A stretch of 64,000 bases of DNA from NCBI GenBank assembly GCA_963662315.1, contig OY759353.1, positions 1,024,001 through 1,088,000 on the forward strand, read 5' to 3'. Under the pieces are notes generated by a model that was not told the origin of the DNA, made no database searches, and saw nothing but the letters and a program-made list of their open reading frames with translations. The DNA is from Geopsychrobacteraceae bacterium (GTDB lineage: Bacteria > Desulfobacterota > Desulfuromonadia > Desulfuromonadales > Geopsychrobacteraceae). This document shows positions 41,147-51,701 of this stretch, piece after piece. A program made the position numbers and the translations under genes. How positions within the stretch are numbered: position 1 is the stretch's first letter; each line of letters begins with the position of its first letter.

Positions 41147-43966
41147 ATGCAATCAGGACGATCTATGAATATGAAAACAAAGACAATTAACGTTATCCTC
41201 ATTGTCTTCCTATTTCTATTCATCTTCATGATGCCCCCCCAGGTTCATTGCCGAGATCTGAAAATAGCCTCTTTCGATTTTAACCCTTTTATTTTTAGCG
41301 ATTCAGAAAATGAGACCCTTGGCTTAAATGCTGAACTGCTCAACCACATCGCCAAAGACATGGATTGGAATATTCAGTATGTCCATGGATCATGGAATGA
41401 GGGCCTGGAACGTGCCAGAGATCGAGAAATTGATATTCTCACCTCTGTCATGTACACGGAAGAGCTGGCCAGTTTCCTTGATTACTCAAAGGAATCTGTC
41501 ATTACCGTCTGGGGCGAAGTTTTTACAAAATCAGATTCACTTCTAATGAATTTAATGGATCTTAAAAAATCAACTGTCGCGATAATGAAAGGAGATTTGA
41601 GCGCTAAAAATTTCCGTAATCTTGCGCTTAGTTTTGATCTTAATTGCACATATATTGAAGTTGATTCACTGCATGAGGTCTTTCTCCTTGTCCAGGAAGG
41701 CAAAGCCGCCGCCGGTATCGCGCCGAATATATTTGGTTTAATGAACGCGAAAACATATAAGCTGGCATCCAACAACATTATGTTTTCTCCAAACCCTCTA
41801 TATTTTGCCGCGCCCAAAGGAACCAACGGAGATATTCTTGAGATACTGGATCAGTACTTAAAGACATGGAAGGATCAAGATAATTCCTATTATCACCAAG
41901 TATTAAATCGTTGGCTGTATAATAACTCACTGACTATCCCATCATGGGTTTACTTCTGCTTTTCTTTTATCTTTCTGATGTTGCTTCTATCAATCTACCT
42001 AAACAAGGTATTGAATCACCTGGTCGCGAAAAAAACTGAAGAAATAAAGAAAAACGAACAGAAGTTCAAAGCGTTCTTCGAAGACTCGGTATCAGGACTC
42101 ATTGTTTTTGACAATAACCATATTATCAGAGAAGTTAATAAAACCACCGAGAGGCTTACAAAAAAAACAAAATTTGAGTTACTGGGTTCTGACATAAAGG
42201 ATCTTTTTGATCCTATTGATTTTGAAAAGCTGTTGGATTTATCCAAAAACAGCGAACAGCGTAACAGTTATTTTGAATCACAAATTTCACTCGAACGAAA
42301 TCTTATTCAAGATGTTGAGATTGGCCTGCATGAAATCGACTTCGAAAATCGTCAGCTCTATTTAATCGAATTGCAAGACATTTCTGAGCGAAAAGTTGCT
42401 GAAGAGAAAATTCGGGAGCATGTGGAAATTCTAGATAAAATTGCTGCTTCCGCCAAAGACGGTATTGTCCAGATTGATAGTAATGGAAATATTTCTTTCT
42501 GGAATCAATCGGCTCAGAGGATATTCGGCTATACCTCTGAAGAAGCTATTGGCAAAAATGTCCATTATCTCTTGGCTCCTGAAAATATGGTGAATGCTAT
42601 TGACAATGCGTTTAAGCAATTTGTGGTGACAGGACAAGGAAACGCTATCGGAAACACTCTGGAGCTCATCGCTTTGAATAAGCAAAATCAACAAATCCCC
42701 GTCGAGCTGTCACTTTCAACCTTTATCCATGATAACGAAACCCATGCACTGGCAATCATCCGGGACATAACGCAACGAAAAGAGGCTGATAATCAAAGAC
42801 AAGAGATGGAATTGCAGCTGCGGCAAAAATACAAAATGGAAGCTGTCGGGGTTATGGCCGGCGGAATTGCCCATAATTTCAACAACAATCTGGCCATTAT
42901 GCTCGGCAATCTTGAATTGGCCCTAAAGAATAAAAATGATCAGCTCATATGGCAAAAATATCTGCATAACGCGTTGATTGCCATAAGGCGCTCAAGAGAC
43001 CTTACAGGGAAAATTCTTTCTTATAGCCGCAAAGAGACCGGGGATAAGAAATTCATCCGCCCTTCGCTGCTGATCGAAGAATCTTTACAAATGTTGCGCG
43101 CCATGATTCCAACGACAATAAATATTTCCTTTGTTCAACACACGACAGGCCAAGAGCTTATTCATGTCGACGAATCCAAACTGCAGGAAGCCTTAATCAA
43201 CCTCTGTACCAATGCGATCCATTCCATTACAGACAAAGGTGCGATCACCTTTTCTATAAGATCAGTAAACCTTTCTCAGCAAGATTTAGCCCCGACCTTC
43301 GACTGTACCCCTGGAGAATTTATCTGTATCAGCGTCACGGATTCCGGTACCGGAATGACGACTGAAACCATGGACAGAATTTTTGATCCGTTCTTTACAA
43401 CGAAAGGGATCGGAGTTGGAACAGGCATGGGCTTGGCTACCGTACTTGGTTTCGTCAGAAGTTGTAGCGGAATAATCAAGGTTCACAGTCAGTTAGGACA
43501 CGGAAGTACTTTTGAATTATATTTTCCGTTATGCCAAAAGGAAAATATCACGACAGATGTAGCATCTGAAAAAATAGAGACCTTATTTGGCACAGAACAT
43601 CTTCTGATTATTGATGACGAACAAATGCTGGTTCAACTTACTAGCGAAATACTAACTGATGCAGGCTATCAGGTAACTGTAAAAACAAACAGTCTCGACG
43701 CATTTCAATTATTCAAATCGGACCCTGATCAGTTTGACCTCATCATAACAGATCAAACCATGCCAGGGATGACAGGAATAGAGCTCATTGGTGAAATCAA
43801 GAAGATTCGACCCACCATCCCAACCTTACTCCTTACCGGCTACAATAGTGAAAGCTGTTTAAAAAATGTCAACATAACTGTGGTGGATGCTCTTTGCACC
43901 AAACCAATAGAGATGAATGAATTATTGGCTGCACTTCGGAAGCTGCTCAACAAAAATCAACATTAA
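41147..43966 (+). CDS. Hybrid sensor histidine kinase (periplasmic binding domain, 2 PAS, HisKA, HATPase, receiver)
   Basis: GGIAHNFNN, NLCTNA, DSGTGM, FDPFFTTK, GTGMGL, DLIITDQTMP. Confidence 0.94.
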   Translation: MQSGRSMNMKTKTINVILIVFLFLFIFMMPPQVHCRDLKIASFDFNPFIFSDSENETLGLNAELLNHIAKDMDWNIQYVHGSWNEGLERARDREIDILTSVMYTEELASFLDYSKESVITVWGEVFTKSDSLLMNLMDLKKSTVAIMKGDLSAKNFRNLALSFDLNCTYIEVDSLHEVFLLVQEGKAAAGIAPNIFGLMNAKTYKLASNNIMFSPNPLYFAAPKGTNGDILEILDQYLKTWKDQDNSYYHQVLNRWLYNNSLTIPSWVYFCFSFIFLMLLLSIYLNKVLNHLVAKKTEEIKKNEQKFKAFFEDSVSGLIVFDNNHIIREVNKTTERLTKKTKFELLGSDIKDLFDPIDFEKLLDLSKNSEQRNSYFESQISLERNLIQDVEIGLHEIDFENRQLYLIELQDISERKVAEEKIREHVEILDKIAASAKDGIVQIDSNGNISFWNQSAQRIFGYTSEEAIGKNVHYLLAPENMVNAIDNAFKQFVVTGQGNAIGNTLELIALNKQNQQIPVELSLSTFIHDNETHALAIIRDITQRKEADNQRQEMELQLRQKYKMEAVGVMAGGIAHNFNNNLAIMLGNLELALKNKNDQLIWQKYLHNALIAIRRSRDLTGKILSYSRKETGDKKFIRPSLLIEESLQMLRAMIPTTINISFVQHTTGQELIHVDESKLQEALINLCTNAIHSITDKGAITFSIRSVNLSQQDLAPTFDCTPGEFICISVTDSGTGMTTETMDRIFDPFFTTKGIGVGTGMGLATVLGFVRSCSGIIKVHSQLGHGSTFELYFPLCQKENITTDVASEKIETLFGTEHLLIIDDEQMLVQLTSEILTDAGYQVTVKTNSLDAFQLFKSDPDQFDLIITDQTMPGMTGIELIGEIKKIRPTIPTLLLTGYNSESCLKNVNITVVDALCTKPIEMNELLAALRKLLNKNQH

Positions 43967-44002
43967 CTACTGCTCATATTGCAAAAATATGACAGATACA
44001 GT

Positions 44003-44929
44003 TTATGAGAAACTGCTTTTAAAGACCTCGACTTTATCTTTTATCATTTCAATAAAAGCTTTAGCCTGGGGTGACGTGTAGGCATTTTTACGCCTTACAA
44101 TGCCAAAGCTGCGCGAAGGAAAGTAATGGGTTACGGGGAAACATTGCAGGGTATTCTTATCTTCTTCAGACAGCGCGAACTCATCAACAATGGACACCCC
44201 ATACCCGGCAGCAGTAAAGGTTTTGATCAAATCCATATGATTAAGCTCTAAAACAACGTTGAGTTTCAGATTATCTTTAATGAACCGATCATTGATAAGC
44301 TTCATCAGACTGCCTCCAACCTGGGAAAAGGCTAAAAAAGGCATCTTTGCAATAACCTGGAGATCCGGCAATTCGATCAGAGACAATGGTCCTTGTTTAG
44401 GAGCGATGAGAAAAAGTTTGGCCGAGAACAGGTATTCGCAGTCAAGATCAGCTTTTATGTCATCAATACAGGCGATGGCAAAATCACATTCGGCAGATTC
44501 AACCTTTTTGAGTATTTGCGAAGTGGTATTGACCCCGAGTCTGAATTGAATAAGGGGATGATTCTGGTAGAATTCTGCAGCAGCAGAAGAAAGAAAATAC
44601 TTAAGAATCGTATAATAGGAAAAAATGCTGATTTCCCCTTTAAGATTCTGCCGAGAGTCGGCAAAGGTATCTTGACATTCCTGAACAATCTCAAAAATGG
44701 AAATGGCTTTTTCAAGGAGATACTCACCATCCGGGGTCAACTGCTGTTTCCCTTTACTTCGGTCAAAAAGAGTTACGCCGAAGAATTCTTCCAGACATTT
44801 GATCTGATAACTTAGCGTTGGCTGATTGCGGCGCATTTTGGTTGCAGCGGCAGACATACTTCCAGCTTGAGCCGTGAAATAAAAGCCTCTAAGCCACTGA
44901 ATTAAGTCACCTCCAAGCTCAGGTATCAT
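44003..44929 (-). CDS. LysR family transcriptional regulator
   Basis: GSMSAAA...QPTLSYQIKCLE..FGVTLFDR. Confidence 0.93.
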   Translation of the reverse strand: MIPELGGDLIQWLRGFYFTAQAGSMSAAATKMRRNQPTLSYQIKCLEEFFGVTLFDRSKGKQQLTPDGEYLLEKAISIFEIVQECQDTFADSRQNLKGEISIFSYYTILKYFLSSAAAEFYQNHPLIQFRLGVNTTSQILKKVESAECDFAIACIDDIKADLDCEYLFSAKLFLIAPKQGPLSLIELPDLQVIAKMPFLAFSQVGGSLMKLINDRFIKDNLKLNVVLELNHMDLIKTFTAAGYGVSIVDEFALSEEDKNTLQCFPVTHYFPSRSFGIVRRKNAYTSPQAKAFIEMIKDKVEVFKSSFS

Positions 44930-45029
44930 AAATCCACCTCAATCACTGTATGCCTCAAAATTAGAATGGGTATAGTCAGGACAGAATTATTCAATACTCT
45001 AAACCTGGATGGAATCATTTTTTTAATTT

Positions 45030-46289
45030 TTAGACAATAGCGCCCTGCCGACGCAGTTCATGCTGAATGGCTTGGTAATGATACTGTCCAGCCCCCTGAC
45101 TTAGAGCTGCGGCAACTCCAGCAGCATGACCAGTGACAAAGGCGGTACCCATAACACGAACTGAGCCAAAAGCATTTCTGTCGCACGAAACAATGCGTCC
45201 CGCCCCCCATAAATTATCGATATTCACAGATTTAAGGGTTCTGATCGGTATGTCATAATAACTTTTATTGTGAATCTGAGTATAGCGACTAGGTTCGTTA
45301 ATGCTGGCATGAATTTCAATCGGCCATGATCCTCGTCCAATGGTATCTTCAAAACGGCGCGCCATAAGTACATCATCTCTACTTAAAACATATTCACCGA
45401 GGATATGCCGCGACTCACGAATACCCAGTTTGGGTCCGGTACTGACCAGAAAAGCATTTTCACATCCGGGAATGAATTTTTTAAACGCTTCCAGATATGC
45501 CCAGCATTGTTTACGGGTAAACATTCCAGCTTCGGTGATATGCTGCGATGTTAAGTCTCTAAGTTGCTGACTTGCCAGTACGACAACAAAATCATTGGAT
45601 ATTGGCATACGCCGAATATAGCCGGTCTCTTTGGTAAAGGGACCCATTCCAGACGCAATACCTTTGGCTATAGCATCCTCGATATCGGACTTGGTCACCT
45701 GAATTTCATCCGCAACCCCACCAATACGCATGACCAGGGTTGCGATCTGCAAATTGACATTTTCGAAGGTCAACATATCGGCGCCAGCCATATGGGCGAG
45801 GTTCGCTTCTCCAGAGGCATCGACAAAAGCCTTTGCCTCGATGATAAACGCTCCTTCGTCATCAAAACATTCAATGGCCTGGATTCTACTTCCATCCATC
45901 TGGCATCTGGCAACCAGGGTTTCCAGATAAATCCCAGCAGGCGTTTCAGCAAGGCATTCGTCAAGAGCATACTTGGCAGACTCAGGATCGATGGGAAGCA
46001 GAACATTTCCTGCCGGAGAAATAACCGGTGTATAGTCAGCCCCGATTTTAGCCAACTTTTCAAGAAAGGGGTTAACCACCCCCCCAACGATTCGGGACAT
46101 TGATCCATCCTGAGTGTAAAAACCACAGTAAGAGGGAATATTGCAGTTTGTGGCCTGCCCTCCTAAACATGGGCTTCTGTCAATCAGCGCCGCTGTGTAG
46201 CCAGCCTGTGCCACCCCGAAAGCAGCACTAACGCCCGCAGATCCGGCGCCAACAACAGCAACGTCATATTTATACCTTCTTGTTTTCAC
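45030..46289 (-). CDS. FAD-dependent oxidoreductase
   Basis: VVGAGSAG, VDASGEA, GIRESRHI, YDIP...NLWGAGR, RVMGTA. Confidence 0.88.
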   Translation of the reverse strand: MKTRRYKYDVAVVGAGSAGVSAAFGVAQAGYTAALIDRSPCLGGQATNCNIPSYCGFYTQDGSMSRIVGGVVNPFLEKLAKIGADYTPVISPAGNVLLPIDPESAKYALDECLAETPAGIYLETLVARCQMDGSRIQAIECFDDEGAFIIEAKAFVDASGEANLAHMAGADMLTFENVNLQIATLVMRIGGVADEIQVTKSDIEDAIAKGIASGMGPFTKETGYIRRMPISNDFVVVLASQQLRDLTSQHITEAGMFTRKQCWAYLEAFKKFIPGCENAFLVSTGPKLGIRESRHILGEYVLSRDDVLMARRFEDTIGRGSWPIEIHASINEPSRYTQIHNKSYYDIPIRTLKSVNIDNLWGAGRIVSCDRNAFGSVRVMGTAFVTGHAAGVAAALSQGAGQYHYQAIQHELRRQGAIV

Positions 46290-46486
46290 TAGAGTTTTCC
46301 TTTTTTAGCATCAGGATACACCGGTATTGAGAACAGAACCCAAGAGACCTGATTGTAAAAATTATATGTAACTGAATACTGGATTAGCCGTTAATGGATC
46401 GCAGATTTTCTAGTCAAACCATCACTCTAGAGGTTTATTTCCAAACCAACCCGCCACTACGACCCTTGAGAGTTAAAGGAGAAGAC

Positions 46487-47995
46487 CTAACTTGCCATTC
46501 GCATAAAAATTTTCTGTTTCAGCGTCTTCATAAAAGAAAACTGTTCCAACACCTGCCAGAGAGCGAACGCCAACAACCCCATAGCGATTGGATGGTGCAG
46601 TAAATCAACAAAGAAACTGGTATCAGCCATCATCGCTGCGCGGCGGAACTCAGAATCCCCGATTGGCCCGAGAACCATACCAATGATCAATGGTGCGACG
46701 GGGTAATCCGACACTTTAAACAGGTATCCAATGATCCCCATAACCATCATCAGCAAAACATCTTCAATTGATCCATTTAACGAATAAGCGCCGACCACAC
46801 AGAGAACAGAAACGATCGGCATCAAGACTTCCTTTTTAATCGATGCCACAATTCTCGGAAAAAATCTGGAGGCAAACAGACCGATAAACAGAAAGATGAC
46901 ATTAGCTACAAGCAACAGAACAACGATCAACCAGAACAAGTCCGGGCGCTCTTCCATCATCATCGGACCGGGGCGCATGCCATGAACCATAAAAGCGCCA
47001 ATCATGACAGCTGTAACGGCGTCCCCAGGAACGCCAAGGGTGAGCATAGTGGTTAAAGCACCACCAATAGCAGCATTATTGGAAGATTCAGGCGCGACGA
47101 CCCCTTCATAAGCTCCTTCACCAAAAGGCCGAGACGGATTTTTAGTTGAGCGCTTGGCAGAGTCGTATGCGAGCAACGCGGCAATGGCACCACCTTCACC
47201 AGGTAAGGCTCCGATCCAGGAACCTATCAGAGAAGATTTAAGAATCAATGGCAGAGCCTTGCGAACCTTGTGCAGATCAGGAAAGAGGTTTACCTTCTCA
47301 TCACATTTAATCACCTCTGAGTTCTGACCCATCTTTTTAAATTGATAGAAAACTTCCGACATGCCGAAAAAACCGATCAAGCACGGGACCAGCCCAAGTC
47401 CAGACTGAAGGAACTCAGACCCGAAGGAGAAACGACCAATTCCGTAAATTGGATCGAGACCGACACAGGAGACAACAAAACCGATAAGAGCTGTAAGCAT
47501 TGCTTTTACAAATGCACTCCCCTTCCCCATATTACTTACTGAAATCAATCCCAATACAACCAGGGCAACATATTCAAAAGGGCTGAAGGACAAAGCAACC
47601 TTAGTCAGCAGTGGTGCAAAGATAGCCAAAAACACCACACCGATCATACCGCCAATAAATGAACCAATCCGGGCAAAGCCCATGGCAGACCCTGCTTGCC
47701 CCATCTTGGCCAGAGGATAACCATCGAAACCTGTAACTACGGCAGCGGGAGCTCCTGGAATATTAAGTAAAATGGCCGATAAGGAACCGGCAAATACGCC
47801 ACTACAATAAACACCAATAATCATTGCCAGGGCACTCTCAACTTGCCAGCTGAAGGTAATTGATACCAAGATCGCCGTCGCCATGGTAACAGACAGACCA
47901 GGTAATGCACCAACCAGCAACCCGCTGACACTTCCAATAAACAGAAGACCTATAATCAATGGATCCATGGCGACCGATAGTGCGTGTAAAAACAT
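46487..47995 (-). CDS. tctA: Tripartite tricarboxylate transporter large permease
   Basis: GALPGL, ILLNIPG, DGYPLA, APESSNNA, LTLGVPG. Confidence 0.92.
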   Translation of the reverse strand: MFLHALSVAMDPLIIGLLFIGSVSGLLVGALPGLSVTMATAILVSITFSWQVESALAMIIGVYCSGVFAGSLSAILLNIPGAPAAVVTGFDGYPLAKMGQAGSAMGFARIGSFIGGMIGVVFLAIFAPLLTKVALSFSPFEYVALVVLGLISVSNMGKGSAFVKAMLTALIGFVVSCVGLDPIYGIGRFSFGSEFLQSGLGLVPCLIGFFGMSEVFYQFKKMGQNSEVIKCDEKVNLFPDLHKVRKALPLILKSSLIGSWIGALPGEGGAIAALLAYDSAKRSTKNPSRPFGEGAYEGVVAPESSNNAAIGGALTTMLTLGVPGDAVTAVMIGAFMVHGMRPGPMMMEERPDLFWLIVVLLLVANVIFLFIGLFASRFFPRIVASIKKEVLMPIVSVLCVVGAYSLNGSIEDVLLMMVMGIIGYLFKVSDYPVAPLIIGMVLGPIGDSEFRRAAMMADTSFFVDLLHHPIAMGLLAFALWQVLEQFSFMKTLKQKIFMRMAS

Positions 47996-48067
47996 GTGCT
48001 AATCTCCGTGTACTTGAATAAACTCGTGTCTCTTAAAACCAGGAGGATTTTTTGACGCCTCTAGAAT

Positions 48068-48523
48068 CTATGGCAGTCTAATCATCAACAATTTGCTGAA
48101 CACCAGATAGATGACAAATACAGTGGCAACAGAAATGACCGTAGTACTTAAAGTCAGCTTTTTTCTAAAAAGACTCATCAGGATGATCAGAAAAGCAATG
48201 GTTGTCGGAATAAAGTGAAGCTTTGGCAGAGCAAATACATATAAAAAGATAAGCACAATGGGGAAAACAATCCCTCTGTCATCAGGGAGTCTTTTCGGTA
48301 AATGAATTTTTTTTGAACGAAGAAAGGTTTTTAACTGTACAGCTAACAGTGCGGCAGCGCAGATACAGATAGCAACCCCGGAGATAAGAGGAAACAGTCC
48401 CGGGCTCAAGGACCTTGGACCAAATAGGGGCAGACTATTGGCGTGAATGATGACAAATATGCCAATACACAACATTGCTAAAGTTGTCAGGCATTCAAAA
48501 AGGTTCAAACTTTTCTTGTTCAT
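48068..48523 (-). CDS. tctB: Tripartite tricarboxylate transporter small subunit
   Basis: 4-5 TM segments, SPGLFP, terminal F..LL.I.LP; lies between tctC and tctA. Start taken at the ATG after GAGGA. Confidence 0.85.
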   Translation of the reverse strand: MNKKSLNLFECLTTLAMLCIGIFVIIHANSLPLFGPRSLSPGLFPLISGVAICICAAALLAVQLKTFLRSKKIHLPKRLPDDRGIVFPIVLIFLYVFALPKLHFIPTTIAFLIILMSLFRKKLTLSTTVISVATVFVIYLVFSKLLMIRLP

Positions 48524-48614
48524 AGCATTCCTCATAAATATTGCCCCTGCCGATCTGTCAGAGATTTTACCCTGCAAGCCCGGTCAGCACACTGAACGGG
48601 CTCGTCAGTATTAT

Positions 48615-49634
48615 TTAGGGTTTTGCGATACCGAATTTGTCCGGAGAGTTACTTGCCGCACCGGCATCGTAGAGGAGCCATGCAGCTAAGGATTCCCAAG
48701 ACTGCATAAACTTGGCCAGATTATCCCCTTGCAGACCAGCATCTTCTGCATAAATGTCACTCACCACTTTTTGCCAACGCGGATCCTGCATAATCTCGCT
48801 GGTCACTTGCTTTAATTTAGAGACCACGGCATCTGGAGTTCCTTTTTTTACCTGAAGCGAATAGAAAGGTCCCCATGGCAGGTATTTGGCAAACTTGGGC
48901 TCCGCTTTGACAATGGGTGGAATTTCATCAAGACCTGCAATCTGCTCTAAGGAGAATGTTGCGAGAATTTTCATCTTTCCAGCTTTATAGGGATCGATAA
49001 CAGAACCAAGAAGATTAAAAACCACATCAACATGCCCACCGAGCAAAGCGACATTGACCTTTCCACCGCCGCCAAAAGGAATTGTCTTCAATTTAATTCC
49101 AGCAGCTTCTGCGAATAACAGCGCGGCAATATGGCCAGTGGTACCAGGACCGGCATAACCAGCCGTCACCTTTCCAGGATTAGCCTTGGCGTAGGCAATC
49201 AACTCATCAATACCATTCCAGGAAGCATTGGCATTGACGGTAACAGCAGGAGTAAGTCTGCCAAGCATCATAATTGGTGTAAAATCGTTGAAGCTTTTAT
49301 CGGACAGCCCCATGGTGCGAAAAACAGCAGGCGTTTCAGCAGATACTAAAATTGTCTGACCATCTGCTTCCTTTCCCAGGGTGAAGGAGGTTCCAACCGC
49401 TCCGGAAGCACCTGATTTGTTGACAACGATCATCGATTGGTGAAGTTTTTCTTCCAAAAGTGGCGCAATTGAGCGGGCAATAGTGTCCGTTGAACCTCCG
49501 GGCCCGAAAGGGACCACTAAAAAAACAGGACCGCTGGGATACTCTGCAAATGCAGCTGTTAAAGGACTGAAACAAAATACCGACACCAGTGTTACGAGGT
49601 AGATAGCTCTTAGTACAACTTTTCTAACGTTCAT
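48615..49634 (-). CDS. tctC: Tripartite tricarboxylate transporter substrate-binding protein
   Basis: Signal peptide, YP...VPFGPGGSTD..AR, NKSGASG, PFGGG...ALLGGHVD. Confidence 0.92.
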   Translation of the reverse strand: MNVRKVVLRAIYLVTLVSVFCFSPLTAAFAEYPSGPVFLVVPFGPGGSTDTIARSIAPLLEEKLHQSMIVVNKSGASGAVGTSFTLGKEADGQTILVSAETPAVFRTMGLSDKSFNDFTPIMMLGRLTPAVTVNANASWNGIDELIAYAKANPGKVTAGYAGPGTTGHIAALLFAEAAGIKLKTIPFGGGGKVNVALLGGHVDVVFNLLGSVIDPYKAGKMKILATFSLEQIAGLDEIPPIVKAEPKFAKYLPWGPFYSLQVKKGTPDAVVSKLKQVTSEIMQDPRWQKVVSDIYAEDAGLQGDNLAKFMQSWESLAAWLLYDAGAASNSPDKFGIAKP

Positions 49635-49970
49635 TTTCTCCTCCTGTGTTGATTGGTTATCTGGTCACGCATCTCTCGTGTGTTCCAATTATTGAGCATA
49701 GTAGCAGGCGACAAAACATTAGTTGATACGTGGCTCAATATCAAATCGATAATATTACAAAGACCTATCAAAATTATTGATAGACAAAGAATAAGGCCTA
49801 ATTCCGATAGGCAGACACCGACACTGTGGATAAAAGCAAATTTTTAGCTTTAGCAGCTGAGAAAGGGAGAAAAGGAAGAGCAAAGAGTGATGATCATTGT
49901 CCAACCAGAAATACAACAAAAATAAGGACGCCGCCAAGCTTAACGGCTGGTTTGGTAATTAAACAGTCTC

Positions 49971-50002
49971 CAGGAGCCTGACCCTAAGGCGTCAGGCTCC
50001 TG
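49971..50002. terminator. 12-bp stem hairpin downstream of the flavoprotein gene
   Basis: CAGGAGCCTGAC-N8-GTCAGGCTCCTG. Confidence 0.55.
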
Positions 50003-50014
50003 TGCCAGACAAAG

Positions 50015-51400
50015 CTATTTCAACTGAAACAGAGCATGGTTCAAGGCAGCTTTCATCACTTCTTCCAATGAAGGATGATAAATCGGCATGCGCAGCATAT
50101 CTTTTACAGTCATGCGATGTTCAACAGCCAGGATCAGGGTATGAGCCATATGTTCTGCCCCGCGACCAAAAATTTCGGCCCCAAGCAGCACACCTGTATG
50201 CTTATCAGCATAAACATGCATCATACCGCGCTGGTCATGATAAATTTCGTGACGCGGACCCTTGCCAACGGCAGCACGGCCGATAATGATGTTTTCAGGA
50301 TCGAGAGCACGGTACTCTACCCCCACTATCGCCATTTGCGGGTCGGTAAAATAAATTCCTAGCTCTGCTGTTCTGGTTCCTTCAACGCGTTGGGGGTAAT
50401 GAATCGCACTGTCTGCGGCAATGCGCCCCTCGGTATAGGCTTCGTGCCATAGAGGCAGGTCTTCGGTAACGTCACCGGCGAGAAAAATCTTTGCATCGCC
50501 GCACTGCATGGTCAACAGATCATATTCGGGCAAGCCTCTTTTATCCAGCTTAAGACCGCTGTTTTCAATGTTCATGGTCCGCACATTGGAGGTTCTGCCA
50601 CTGGCGACCAGCACCCGTTCAAAGGTTCTTACAATCTCTTCACCGTCTGCGGTCAGATAAGTCAGTTCAAAACCAGCTTCGACCTTTCTGGCTGCAGTAA
50701 ATTGCCCTTGCGGAATAATATCAAGCTCTGCCTGCAGGGTCGACATGACCTGTTTCTGCATATCGGGGTGGGTAAAGGAGCCAATCCGACCGCTACGCCC
50801 GTAAAGCGTTGTTGTTACTCCAAGGCGATGAAATGCCTGCCCCAGTTCAAGCGCAATGACACCAAGACCGACAACAGCAAGAGACTCAGGCAGATCCTCT
50901 AGTTCAAAGATAGTGTCGCTGGTATCCAACTGGTCCCGCAAAGGTTCAAACACTGGAGACAAATACGGTGTTGAGCCACAGGCGAGAATTATTTTGTCGG
51001 CCTTGACCTGAACTTTGCCATCAACATCAAGGGTGTGGGGATCAACAAATGAGGCCTTCCCTTCGAGCTTAAACTGTTCTGGGATGCTGTTGACATACTT
51101 CAGAACACCCCCGACAAAGGTTTTGGCGCGATCTTCCTTAATGCGTTCAAAAACCCGCGGGCCATTGATCTGATAGCTGCCATCAATACCAAAGAAACTG
51201 CCACGTTCGATATTATGAGCAAGATCCGCCGCAGTGATCAGCATTTTACTCGGCATACAACCGACACGGGCACACGTGGTTCCGTAAGGGCCATACTGAA
51301 TCAGCAAAACACTATCTGTTCTTTTCCGAATTCGGCTGAAAGCACCAAGGCCAGCAGTTCCAACACCAACGATAGCATATTCGACTTCACGTATTTCCAT
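50015..51400 (-). CDS. Dihydrolipoamide dehydrogenase-like pyridine nucleotide-disulfide oxidoreductase
   Basis: GVGTAG, redox motif TTCARVGCMPSK, GLGVIALE, YHPSLEE. Confidence 0.9.
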   Translation of the reverse strand: MEIREVEYAIVGVGTAGLGAFSRIRKRTDSVLLIQYGPYGTTCARVGCMPSKMLITAADLAHNIERGSFFGIDGSYQINGPRVFERIKEDRAKTFVGGVLKYVNSIPEQFKLEGKASFVDPHTLDVDGKVQVKADKIILACGSTPYLSPVFEPLRDQLDTSDTIFELEDLPESLAVVGLGVIALELGQAFHRLGVTTTLYGRSGRIGSFTHPDMQKQVMSTLQAELDIIPQGQFTAARKVEAGFELTYLTADGEEIVRTFERVLVASGRTSNVRTMNIENSGLKLDKRGLPEYDLLTMQCGDAKIFLAGDVTEDLPLWHEAYTEGRIAADSAIHYPQRVEGTRTAELGIYFTDPQMAIVGVEYRALDPENIIIGRAAVGKGPRHEIYHDQRGMMHVYADKHTGVLLGAEIFGRGAEHMAHTLILAVEHRMTVKDMLRMPIYHPSLEEVMKAALNHALFQLK

Positions 51401-51701
51401 AAATACCTTTCATTGCTTTCCGGTGTTACCGACACACCACAACGATGCCAACCATCAAAACAAAATGAGTACAAGGATGTAATAAAGCCCATCCATTCCA
51501 GATTATTCTCAGGGGCCTTTGGATCAGTCACTCAATGTCCCCGAGGAGTATAACCGCTTGCGTCCTTGGGAGGTGAGCCATATACTTCATTCGGTGTCGA
51601 AAAGATTCACATCCCAGACTTAAATACAGCCCGAATACTCTGCGCTATGGAAATAGGAGTTTCCAGCTCCCATAATGACTTAATTAGAAACTACTATACT
51701 G

